Assembly: GCA_036172245.1 (NCBI GenBank)
Contig: JAYWIR010000021.1
Coordinates: forward strand, 1,860,001 to 1,924,000
DNA from: Raillietiella orientalis
Taxonomy: Eukaryota
Reading direction: 5' to 3'
DNA: 64,000 nucleotides
The translations under genes were made by a program, and so were the position numbers. Positions 26,290-38,300 of this stretch are shown here, in pieces (within the stretch, counting starts at the first letter, position 1; each line of letters begins with the position of its first letter). The notes beneath the pieces are model-generated. The model was not told where the DNA came from, searched no databases, and worked only from the letters and a program-made list of their open reading frames with translations.

Positions 26290-26450
26290 CCGGCGTGACC
26301 GGGTGTCAACCAGCGCCACCCTGTGAAAGGGACTTGAACCCCGTGGCGCACCAATTTCTCGCGGTCGTTCCTCTACAGGGAGGTTTGCACCCTCAAGGCT
26401 TGGCACCACGCGCGGAGTTCGCAGCCGCAAGGTGGCCAACGCAGGCTCCC
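26290..26450 (-). mobile_element. SINE-like repeat, copy E (head only)
   Basis: Reverse complement reads GCGTTGGCCACCTTGCGG..CTCCGCGCGTGGTGCC...GGGGTTCAAGTCCC...GGCGCTGGTTGAC. Confidence 0.65.
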
Positions 26451-27570
26451 GCGGAAACCGTGCCCGTTGGCTTCCCTGTGCTTTGGCGAGCCATTCTATC
26501 TGCCCACGTTTGGCTCCCATTTCTCAGATTCTCCGAGACGAACGCCATGGAAGAATAGGACCAGCGAACACAACGGAACACGTCTTTCACACTTTTCGTG
26601 TGCGAATATGTCGGAGGTATCACAACGAAGGATCTGTTCGGTGATGCCTGGCAAGAGCGGCGGAACCCGGAAGTAGGAAGGGCGAGGCAAACCCTCACAC
26701 TTCCCTATTGATATCTGGTGCATCACTTTGGTTTTTCTATTCGTCTGGTTCGCAGAAGTTCGTGAAGTGATTGCTGATTCTGATGCTAGGCACACTGAAA
26801 TCGTCATTAATGAACCGATAGATGTCGCTAAAAATATCCCCGCATTTTCAGGTCCACTCGAGTCAGGTGGAAGGCATGGGGACTTTGGAGGAAGAAAAAA
26901 AAAAATCACTTCTTACTCTCCTTTCCCCCCTCCCCCAACCCATCAAGTAATTCAGTCCGATGAACATTCATTATCTTTATTTTTCGGGTTGATTACCCTT
27001 GACACGGTGGGCGAGATCTCGCATTCACCCCTCTCTCCCACTTACTCGTTGAGAAATTCCTCCGGTCCTTTGTAAGAGCTGCGGCTTGAAGTTTCGCCAC
27101 TCAATTTCGCCACCTGCCACCGGGACGGAAACATGAAATGTGGGAAGAGAGGTGTGGAGGAACGTCCGGAAACCTGTCATTCCTCAGGGAACGGTCCTGC
27201 AAGAAGCAACTGAATGAGCATGTGTCCTTATGTGGTCACACACGGGAATTTCCCCCGAGGGGCCATTTGTTTGAATCCCTGACTTTTCAAGCGGTGGCAA
27301 AACTTTTCCACGTCTAACACATCAAAGATGCCTCTTGTTATTATTACCCACTCTCATCATTCTCTGAGCGTGCTGTTTGAAGACTCTGATCCTTTCTACG
27401 ATCACAAATTGTGGAACTGCGCACTCGGAAAGGAGGGAAAGCTCATGGCTGATCCGACACGCAGATTTCGTGCCATTCTTTGCGTCTCCGGGCGGAGAAG
27501 CCCACCGTGCAAAAAAAATGCAGGAGATGGGTCGCGAAGACAAGCACGGTTTGGTGGATGGCGGCATGCT

Positions 27571-28202
27571 GACTTAGGATCGACTGAGGACCGTGCTCAA
27601 AGGCTGTTCGCATGGAACCCTTCTCCACATCAGACCTCCAGGATCTCACTGGAGTATTTGCTGCTACCACCAAGATCTGCGCCGACGGCGGCTCCAGGCG
27701 AGCTCGTGCCCAAACCCTTCTGCGCGCACCGTCGCGACCCTCCTACTCGCCGGGACCTGAGGAACCTGCCGTCCTCCGGAACGCGCCCGGAAGGCACGAA
27801 CGGCTCTGTCCCGGCGGTTGGGTATAGGTTCGACGCTTGAGCGCTCATCCATTTTCAGGGCTAGTTGCTTCGGCAGGTGAGTCTTTACACACTCCTTAGC
27901 GGATTCCGACTTCCATGACACCGTCCTGCTGTCCATAGCAACCAACACCTTTCATGGGATCTGATGGGCGTCGCATCGGGCGCCGTAACCCAACGTTTGG
28001 TTCATCCCACAGCGCCAGTTCTGCTTACCAAAATTGGCCTAATGGGCGCTCATGGATCCAACAGTCCGAGCTTCAGCTTTCAAGCAAGCCGGACTTCTCA
28101 CCCATTTGAAGTTTGAGAATAGGTTGAGGACATTTCGCCCCAAGGCCTCTAATCATTCGCTTTACCGGATGAGACTCAGTTCTTTTTCCGCTCCAGCGAG
28201 CG

Positions 28203-28236
<34 letters not shown>

Positions 28237-28374
28237 ACTACTAGATGGTTCGATTCGTCTTTCGCCCCTATACCCAGCTCTTACGACCAATTTGCACGTT
28301 AGGATCGCTGCGGACCTCTGGCTTCGTCCTGGCCAGGCATAGTTCACCATCTTTGGGGTCCCAGCGTTTGCCCT
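27571..28374 (-). pseudogene. 28S rRNA: 28S rRNA gene fragment (dispersed rDNA pseudogene)
   Basis: Reverse complement contains conserved LSU stretches GGGACCCCAAAGATGGTGAACTATGCC, GGTTCCCTCCGAAGTTTCCCTCAGGATAGC, GCTAAGGAGTGTGTAA, CAGATCTTGGTGGTAG and CAGTCGATCCTAAG. It is truncated at both ends, has a deletion in a conserved helix at about 28318, and has no flanking rDNA. Confidence 0.95.
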
Positions 28375-28449
28375 AATGTTCGGCTCATCCACAAAAGCGC
28401 TTCACCGTGCAAGCTGCATTGCAGCGTTCCAAAGCCACCTGTACCACCT

Positions 28450-28487
28450 GTGGCAGCCACCTGTACCAACGTACAGGTGGCTGCCAC
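28450..28487. repeat. Perfect 17-bp inverted repeat with 4-nt loop
   Basis: GTGGCAGCCACCTGTAC-CAAC-GTACAGGTGGCTGCCAC. Confidence 0.95.
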
Positions 28488-29179
28488 CGGAAGCATAGTG
28501 CTTCAGTAAGCGTGCGGTCACGTGGATCTGCCAAGAAAACTGCCCTTGCAAACTGGTGGTCCACTGCTACCTCTCCATGGGAGGAAGAGGGGACGGACAC
28601 GAAAACACTTCGTGATGAAGCTGATGCTCCGTCGATTCGTGTAGTGAAAGTTTCCTCACCGTTTTCGAGGTTCCTGCAATGGGGACGGAACTCGACCCCG
28701 GATGCTGTCCCTCGGAAAGCGGGAAACTGGTCGCATTTTTTCAGATGGGTGCCACTGCTGTTCCTGCAAAGACGGTTCTGGACAGCAGCCCTAGGGCGGT
28801 TGGAATGGAAACGCCGCTGGGATGAAACTGGCTTCGTCTCCCAGCTTGGATTTCGTCCTCCCCCTTTCTGATGGGGCGACTTTATTGCCGCGAGTGAAGG
28901 GCTTCATTAACTCCGTAGTGACCGCATGACTTTTGTCCCTTTGGCCAAGTAAATTCGTCCGTGCCAGCGTAGCGAAGAAGAGCGCCCACGGCACGGAGAG
29001 GAAACGCATCGGAGGTATTGCTCAAACTTCATGAGATCTTGCTGGAAAGTTCAAGATGAGCCACGTGACGGAAATGGACAGCGGCCGACGCTGTTTCGAG
29101 GAGTCCGTTCCATAAATGAGGGAAGAGAACGCGCTGGAAGGAGTGGGTGTGCCCTTCAATGGGTCTTCTTCGAAATCCC

Positions 29180-29525
29180 GAAAGATTATAAAAAATAAAC
29201 ACATGTGCTTATCCTACACCTTATACAAATTTATTTTCATATGCACGGTCATTCCTATTTATTAATGTACATGGTATTAGGAGTGATGCTATCAGATATA
29301 TTTATGAAGATTCAGGAACATACAGTTTATTAATCAAAGCAATAAGGAATTGTGGATATATATGTGTTAAAGATTATAAAAAGTAAATATATATGCTTGT
29401 CATATGTATTGGTATGTATGTGTACATATTTATATTTATATTCACATATACATATTTAAAATATCAATAAATATCAATGAATGTTGATGGAAATTTCTAG
29501 GAATGCTGACTAAATTTCGAAATTT
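29180..29525. repeat. AT-rich island with internal duplication
   Basis: Abrupt AT-rich block. AAAGATTATAAAA..AAA.A.AT.TGCTT occurs twice, at about 29181 and 29369. Related to 35060-35720. Confidence 0.6.
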
Positions 29526-31024
29526 TCGAGCTCTTGGGTTGTCGGCGAAAGAGAAAAATTGTGGGACAGCCCATCTCCGCAGCTTCTAGTGGGTCCGATC
29601 TCGGTTGCATTTGTTTTTTGTTTTTTTTTCTCGTTCTTTCAAATTGGACCTACGACTAGGAGCTGTGTTCATTTGCGAAGGTTTTCGAAATGCCTCCGAG
29701 AGTGGAAGCGGGCCTGGGCTTGCCCGTGGATCAGGAACAGAAAAGCCCTCCGGCAGCATCTTGAGGCCGATTCCTTCATCCGCAGCGCACCTCAGCACCA
29801 ACCCACGTCGCTAAGCCGTTCATCTTCTTTCGAGATCACCGCTGCAACGTGGCCTCGGCCCTGTCAGCGGGGAGGCTGCACGAGACCGCACGTGCACCGA
29901 AGGCAGCCGTGGTAACGAGCGCTGAAGAGTCCGCGCTTCCCATCATCCGATCATCCAATGGCCGCTGGGAATTGGCTCCAGGGACCCCTCTTGAACCGGG
30001 CCAACACGTCCGATCACTCCATCGAATCGCAGCAGCGTGGTTCCCAAGGGGCGGGAGCGTGGTGGTTTCGGTAGGCGCCTTCGACGGAGCGAAAGGATGC
30101 TGCTCTTCAGCTGGGTCCGCAGTGCTTCCACGCTAGACCGGAATGTGGACTCCGCCTGGGGCATTCGCCGCTTGATTTTGGCTCCTACCCGTCGGAGTCA
30201 CGTGCTCTCTCGTGGGCAGGATAACGAAAGACCCAAAGTGGCCTGAGATCTTCTCGTCATCACGTCACGCTCTGCATCACGAATCCTTTGCTCGGTTTCT
30301 TTTTTTCATTGATGACTCTGCACTTCATTGCAGTTCCAGAATTAGAATTGTAGATATGGGAAATAGAAAAACAAACAAACAATGCGAGGCGTCAGCGAAA
30401 AACGAAAGAATTGCTTCAGGTTAGGCAGCGAGGACGGATGGACTCGTTCTTGAACATTCGAAACTCATTTCCGCCCCGGAGGCTGCAATCCTCGTAAGTG
30501 GGAGACCAGCAAGTGTCAGTGGAACACCAAGGACGAAGGGAAGGACGTGTCCCGAGAGGGAGGGCGCTGCACGTGGGACTTCGTGCTCCCCGAGGGGAGG
30601 AAAACTTCGCGGAATGCGAGACGATGACCCGCAGCTGGCGAGGAGGTCAGCTCCCTTCGGGAAGACGAGGTCGTCACCGAGCGCCTTTCAGGGGTGCATG
30701 CCACGCCCCTTCGGAGAGTGCTCATCGTGGCTTCGGGCTGATGGCTCTGCCGGATCAGGCATGCCTTGGCGTTCATCGGCCGCGGTTGCTCCGGTGCAAC
30801 AGGGGCGGGCTGGCGAGCGAGCCGTTGCCAACGCGACGGTCTCCAGTCTCCGTGAAGGGGCGACTTTGGAATCAGCCAGAGTGAGGGGCGGGAGGGCACA
30901 GGAAGGGAGAGGGAAAGCAAACGGATCCTCTCTAATCCGGGCCACGTTCTCCAGAGCAGTTCCGGAACTCGCCGCGAGAGACTCCACTGTCCGTGCTCTC
31001 GCGACTCAGCCAACTTCCGCCCCT

Positions 31025-32328
31025 TCAGTCCCTGGCGCTGTCCGGCGCGATCACCCGCGTGTGCATCTCGTCGTACGCGATGGTGAAGACGCTCTTTTTC
31101 TGCATCACGGACCTCTTCGACTCGATCTTTACCGGCGACCCCTCCCTGCTCTCCAGGGACCCGCCACGATCCATCCAGACCTCGGAATGGCGGACGTCGG
31201 ACGTCAGGCTCTCGCAGGAGTTGAGGGTGTCGTTCGAGAACACGACCCCGTCCTCACCCTTCCTCTCCCGACATCCAGGGAGTGCCCCTGCGTCGGTTCC
31301 TCCTCGCCTGGTGGCGACGCTCAGGTCTCTGGCAGCTTGGGCGTGGATCCGCCGGGGGTCGCGAACGCACACCGCCGCCGACTTCGGGCTCGCCTCGCGG
31401 GGCGGATCCCCCGGCTCCATGAGGAAGGTCCTGACGTTTCGCCCGTTTCCACGCGGCGCTTCCTCCTCCTCGAGCGAAGTCACGTGGGGAGGAACGATCG
31501 GGGCGCCCCCGACGGGCACTCGAACGGGGAAGGAAGCGCTGCTTCCTCCTAAGGGGAGCCTCCACTCGGAGAGGTCCTCTGCTCTCCCGGAAGCGTCGGC
31601 GTCCAGCGAGGCTCCCCCCGCAGCGACCCTCCTCCCCTTCCTCCTCCTTCTTCCCCTCCTCCTTCTCCTGCCCTGGTCCAGCGCCTGCCAGCCGTGGGCG
31701 CCGTCCTCGCCCACGCAGGGGCACCTGCGAATCCTCTGGTCGCTCATGAACCTGCTCATGATCAGGCGCTTCCCCACCGGCAGCTCGCCGCCGCGGGGCC
31801 TGAGGTGGGGGCAGCTGAACTGGGACGCGGAGATGTCCGATGGGATGCTGCGCTCCTCCGGCAGGCAGTGGATCGTGATGACGGTCCTTTTGCTCGCCCT
31901 GGAAGACACTCGGATGATCGAATCCTCGGCTGCCGAGCGCTCGTCCGAGTGGATCCGCAGCATCTCGCACTCGGACTCCTTGAACTTGAGGGTGTCGGCC
32001 ACCCTTCCCCCGAGGGCTCCCGGGCCCCGCAGCCTGGTCCCTCGCCCGTCTGGGGAGCCGCCGCCGCTGCTTCCCGACCTGTGCCTCCTCAGGCACCCCA
32101 GGAGCCCGACCCTCTCCGCCCCGTCGATCCCACGTGGCAGAGCCGGGGAGACGAGTCCCGCCAGGTCGGCGGCCCCGGGAGTTGACCTGCTCTTGGCCCT
32201 GAAGCCCGAGCGGAGTCGAGTGCCGAGCTTCGTCCGAGGTCTGCGGGCCGCGACGACCCCGTCCGGCGAGGCGGCGTCATGGTCCCCTTGATGGCGTGCT
32301 CCCCCTACGAAGGTATCGCCCGCTCCGG
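31025..32328 (-). CDS. Cad86C: Cad86C-like terminal exon (cytoplasmic tail)
   Basis: Poly-T/CCAG acceptor, then an open frame to ...KRSVMQKKSVFTIAYDEMHTRVIAPDSARD*. Confidence 0.9.
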
Positions 32329-35300
32329 CTGGAAAAAAAAAAAAAAAAAACGCTTTCGGGAGGACGGCAGAGGTCGACGGGGCTGACCTTTCCTCGGGAC
32401 ACGGAAACAGCACTTGCCGTGCGTCAGGGTGTCGATCAGATCGGCGATGCTCCCTCCGCTCCTTCGCCGTGCGGACCACCGCCGCGAGTTGCAGTGCCCT
32501 CCATTCCTGGAAAGTTCCCCCGTGAGGCCTCCGCCGGTTCGGCCCTCTCCCACCCCCATGCTCACTTACTGGTGCTGACGACAGCAGAAGTAGGCCAGCG
32601 CGACGACGACGAGGCACACGAGGATCAGCAGCAGCACCGTCAGCCAGTGCAGGGAGCCGTTGACGGGCAACGCCTGGGTCTGCGCGGCAAAGACAAAACA
32701 GAGGGGGAGTGCTTTACACGTTACGTCTTCCTGTGGCTCGCAAGGTCTTCCTCGGTGAGGGGGGAGCAAGGTCAGGGGTCGCAGGGAAGGTCGAGGAATC
32801 TTTCGGGCCCCCCTCTCTCTGGCTTTCAGGACGCGCACGAGCGCCTCGCAAGGCGCGTTTAAAAGCAGTTGGAGGCGTCACCCGCGTCGCCCGCGTCGGA
32901 GGCCTTGTGGTTAAGGCTTCCGCGTGTGGCACCATGCGTCGCGGGTTCGAATACTTCGGCAGAAACTATGACGTCACTGCGTCGTCGAGTTGCGAGTTTC
33001 TCCTGCAATGGCGCGGGTTGGCTGAGACATTCGGGAGTGGCACCGGCGGTGGATTAAGCCGGAGGCCTCCCGATGAAGACCGGAACAATGGGAGTCGACC
33101 TTCGGGTCCTTCCAGGAATAAAGGAGTGGGGAGTTCCCCCTCCTGTCGTGCAACGGAGAGCGGACCCTCCCCCCCCCACCGGGGGACCCCTCCGGTTTCA
33201 AGATGGAGCAGGAGTCCTCACGGGCACCTCTCCAGTTGTTCAAAGGAGCGGACCCCCCCTGTCGCGGGGGGGACCTTCCGAGTCGTCGCCTCTTCACAGA
33301 GTGCACAAGGAAGCGAGAGCGATTCCCTGCGGAAAGCTGCAGCGCCCCTTCCGAGTTTCGGAAGCGTCCCTTCGGGGTTCTCTTCAGAGGAGTGAATAGG
33401 AGCGGTTCCCTTGAGGGTTCCCTCCGGAGAAGAAATTCCTACAAGCGGATCCTTTCCGGGTTGCCTTCGGAGAAGTTGAAATGGAGAGGACCACCCCCCA
33501 TTGAAGGGGGTCTCTCTCCGGAGAGAATGAGGAAGGAGATTCCCTTCGGGGTTCCCCTTCGGAGACAACCAGGGTGGGAGGTGCGATCCCCCCCCGTCCA
33601 GGGGGATCCCTCCCCAAGCGCGAGAGGAACGGACTCCGAGCCCTTCCTGGATTCATAGGACGGACCCCAATCCCGGGGTGCCCCCTATCCTGAAGAATTA
33701 CACGCCCCCCCTGCGGGCTGCCGCGGGCAGAGGGGCGTGTAAACAAAACAATGTGTTTAATGTTTAAAAAGAGCCACGTGCGCCGCGAGGCACGCGACCG
33801 GCTCTGAGGTACTTAGCGAACCAAAAGCAAGAAAACTCTTAGAAGCAGTCTGAGGGGGTCGCACGTCAGTCGGTAGATGGAAGTCGAACCAGGGGTTTCC
33901 CCCAGAGGGACCCCCTTCTGGTACCCTAGGAAAGGTCGAAGCTTCGTTACTCCCGGAAGGACCCCTGAAGTTCTCGTCCAGTCGACGGGGGCATCCGCGG
34001 TAGCGCCCGAAGCCCGTGGGCCAACCGGCGTCGTCCTGCGGGGAGGGGGAGAGGGACTCGAAGACCCAAGACGCGATCTCCACTTCCCCATCCTCGGCGT
34101 GGATCCTTTGCACGGTGCGCCTCTCCGAGACAGAGGACGCGAGCCTTCGAGAAAGTCATGACCTCGATGCGAAGCGCTTCGCATCGCAGGGTGGACGGGC
34201 GGAACGGCCGTCGCCCACCCGCGAGGCAGCTCTCAACCGCTCCGGGCACTGAGGGGAGTCAGAAGCGACTAGACTACCCGTTGAGGATGAGACCGCGCCG
34301 CAGACCGGAGGCTTGAAAGCAGGAGACTCTCAGCTGACAGACCGGGGAAGGGCGTCTCCCGGTTTCCTTGGTGCAGGCCTCGCACTGTTGCGGGGATCCC
34401 TCCCCACCGACCCCTCCTCATCGACTTCGCCGGAGGCGGCAGCGGCAACGGGAGCACGCGAGCAGGGGAAGAGCCCAGCCTACACCTGACCCGACCTCGG
34501 CGCAGCGTGTGACCGGCGGCGCGGTAAAGAGCAGGCCAGCTGGTCAGGAAGGGCGCGCGCCGGCTTGCCGCCTCCCGAGATCCGTACGGGCATCCCCCTT
34601 CACGCAGGCCGCCCCTGAGCCTCCGATGCCGACCGACTCAATCCCCCCCTCCCCACCTTCCCGCCCTTTTGCGCGCTTCTTCCTTGCGGGGTTGCCGCTA
34701 CGGAGCTCAATGTCCCCAGGAGCGATTCCGAGTGCCCCGAAGGCGAGTCCTGGCAGTCCGCTTGCGAAGGTGCAAGCACCGTGCCCCGAGGGTCTCCCGG
34801 GAGACGCCCAGACTCCTCTCCCTTGTGACTACGGACGCAGGCGCCCCCCACGCAGGGAACTCCCCCCGGAACGCGTGGAACGTGCGGGAGTCACGCGCCG
34901 GAGCGCATGGAAACCGTGAAAGATGGGGCGGCGGGTGGATGCTGGCCGCATTCACTGCGCCGGGTGCTCTGGACCCGCCCTCATGGATCGGTGACCCGAG
35001 CACCAAGCCCTCCAGATGGCAGTGCTTTCCGGGTTTGTCCCGAAATCTCGGAACGATCTCAGAAAGTAAACACGCGTGTTCATTATGTATGTGAGCGTAC
35101 GTAACTACATAGAGAGCAGTGTAGGTTACGAAGCTTACAAAAATAAATATGTACGTGTATCATACATGTTAATAAAAATTAATTATAGACTCATGTGCGT
35201 GCAAATTTGTTCACATACATATTTATTTGTATTAGCAACACAAATTATTAATAGCAATATTGTTTCAACGTTAACTATTTATTAATATCCATTAACGTTC

Positions 35301-38300
35301 ATTTATTCATATGATTGATGTGTATGAATGTATTGTTAACATGTACATTAAAGATTATAAAAAAAGAAAAATATATTTTTATATTACGTATGCATTTAAT
35401 ATAGATCAATTATATATATGAATATGTAAGGAAACATTTGTTTTTATCATCTCTAATATACATACTCATAATATATATTAATACGGTTTATTTATTATGT
35501 ATATACGTGTTGAAAATACTGAGAAACATGCATGCTAAAACAAATCTGTATATTAATCTCTTTATGAATCTGTGTATTAATCCCTATATAAATCCGCAGA
35601 AGGCGGAGGAGGATACATTAATTTCTATAAATCTGCACATTGATAAATATATGTATTAGATACGTAATAAGCATACGTGTTTATTTTTTATAACGTTTAT
35701 CATATATGCACCCATCCCTTCATTCACGCAGTACTTTTTATACGCGGTGTCGATTTACGCGATCTCATCTTACTCGTCCTTTCAGAGGTCAAGAGCACAA
35801 GGTCAGCCTTATTTTTCGAAGAGGGGTCAATGTGACCAGCACACAGTGAGTAAGCAACTTTTGTCGAGCTGCTTGCATTTATCATCATCGCAATTTTCAA
35901 CCCACAAATGTGCAACGAATGACACGGAGGAAGAGAAAATCTGCGCCTCTGGCTATGAACTTCAAACCGACTTGAAAAAGAAGGAAAACCCTCGCCCACT
36001 GCCGAGTCGCATGGGACAAACGAACCCACTGCCCGGGCATTCGAAAACAAAAAAGGAAAGTGTTGGAAGCAGCGTGTCCTCTCGACCTTTAGAGGGCTCA
36101 GGGTGCTCTTGCACGAGAAACTCTATAATAGAAAATATGCAGAAGGCATGGATGAACCCAGATTGAAGGCGGCACTCAAAAGGAAATGCCAGCGGGCAGT
36201 TATATGATAAGCTGCGAATATCTGTAGCCGTTTTAAAAGCCGAGCTTTGGCTCCTGATGAAAGGGAATCTCATTTTCCTGCCGGTAAGGGCTCGTTTGGG
36301 GAATTTAAAAAAAAAATAAAAAAAAAAAAGATATTCGTCACGCAGCCTTAAATTCAAAGGCGAGGCTGCGTCTGCTGATGAAGATGATGCGGAAAACTAC
36401 ACGGAGAAAAAAAAAGGCCTTCCTATTAGAATGCCTCCAGCATTGGATAATGCCCCAGGGCGTCCATCCAATTCAGAGCACCCAAATGCAAAAGTTGTGT
36501 TTTTGCCACCTTTAGGTCAAAGCAGAACTGCCAACTGATTCTATCAAATGGACTTTCCGTGATGTTTTCAGTAAAATTGATTGCACTATTTTGAACCGTG
36601 TCAAGAATTTGAGCGACATGAAACAGAGTCGACTTCGAACGCTTGCTGGAAAGCAATGTGGCCAGAAGTGGTTGTATCAGGAGACGCAGCTCCAGCCACA
36701 GAAGAAGGTGGTGTCACCAGTTTATCAGATGAATTCGAAAAAGGAGGCTTCGACGACGATCCGAACGTGGATGACGGCAACGGATCACTGATTGACCGCG
36801 ACCTGACCGATGCTGAATTGCATCCCTGCCACCGAGAGTGGCAGTGGGCAGGGAGGACCATTCCCTGCAGGAAATGCTCTTCGGCTGGCCATGAGGTTGG
36901 GAAAGTGCCTTGAAATGGCAAAGAGATTCCAAAAAACGCTGCAGTGGACGTCAGGCAACTCATGGCAGCTTTGCCAAAGAGGAGTGATGGAAACGCCCAT
37001 CCAGAAACACAGTCATTAATGATGCAAACGAAGTGAACTGTGGTACAGATTCCGACACCGAACAGAGCTTGTTTCGGTTTCCTGAAATGTCATCATCATT
37101 TATGCTTTTGGCTTACCTACACGGAATGAATATTTTCAAAAGTTACATCGGTTTTTCTTATCAGTATTTTTTTTTCGTACCAGCAGACTCGATTTAGAAG
37201 ATTTTCATCCGCGTCAAAAAAATCCATGTGGAACGGACAATCCGCGTGAATGGAGGGATGGGTGTATTGTACCGATCCAACCATAAATATGTATATCGAT
37301 ATATATCACGAACACACATGCATTTATTTTTGACCGTCTTTCGTTTATGCAGATGGCTTAATGCAGTGTGGAATGGAAGGGTCGTTCTTTCGGAGTCGCC
37401 ATGGCTACTGCTGGCATTCAGCGGGAGCCTGCAGGTGACCTCAGCGGGCTTTTGGAACGGTAGCGCTTCCTCTTCGCTTCCTGCGAGGATGAGCGGGGAG
37501 GACGGTCGTTTCCGCTCTTTGAATTCTCCCCTTTCTCGTTCTGTGCCGTTTCCCGTTGCTTTGGAAACGCAGCAAGTTCGAGGTCGCTGCATGTCCGGCG
37601 AAGATGAGGGAGATTCGCAGCTTGGATAAGGTGGCGCGGGGAGGTTCTTAGACAGCCTCCGGGATGGGCAGACATCCTCTTGCACCGAGAGGAAAAGTTG
37701 CTGTTGGGACGGCTTAATGCGAACGAAGAGCCTCTTTCAAATGCCTCCCCACGCCAAAGTAGGGCGATGGAAGTTGGTGCTGTTTACCTGTTGGGATTTC
37801 AAGGAAAAACCTGCTCCGTCGACCTGCCACGCACGCCAGCTTGTATGCTCCTGGTTGCAGGGGGCAACAGGAATCTCAGCTCGAGTCTGGTGTTCCTGCT
37901 GCCCCTCATGGAAGCCACTGCTTCTCGGTTTCCTGGTCGAGGTGGACGTCCGGCCCAGAACTCGAATTCCGATCTCCGTCGGAGTCTCCACGCCCTCGTG
38001 CGCTCGACGGAATTTTCACCCTCCCTACTGATTGTTGCTGTCCCAAGCCTCTTCCTCGAAGTCGCGAGACGCCTTCCCAGTTGCTACCCAAGGGAACGCC
38101 GTGCCTGGACGTTCGGTCATCCGGCTGCCAGGCCATTCAAGGTCCTTCGGGCCGACGCCTCAGTCGTGCTCCCTCTTCCCCTTTGACGAGCCATGGCCCC
38201 AGCATCCCAAGCGCCTTTTCGCTGAGCAAGGATCCCTTTCGCTGTTCCAGATAAGGGCGAGGGTGTTTCTCAAATCAAGGAACCTCACGGAGTGCTGAAG

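Noticed and set aside
30993..32291. 432-aa + strand ORF and the overlapping 312-aa ORF at 30614-31552
   Set aside because: Antisense shadow of the GC-rich cadherin terminal exon, with no independent protein features.
32410..32420. Second possible GC donor (G|GCAAGT) in the cadherin gene
   Set aside because: A canonical in-phase GT donor at 32387 gives a normal 59-nt intron, so the GC site is not required.
32880..32960. Functional tRNA genes at the GGTTCGAA motifs
   Set aside because: No complete cloverleaf or acceptor stem. Each motif is the head of a diverged repeat copy.
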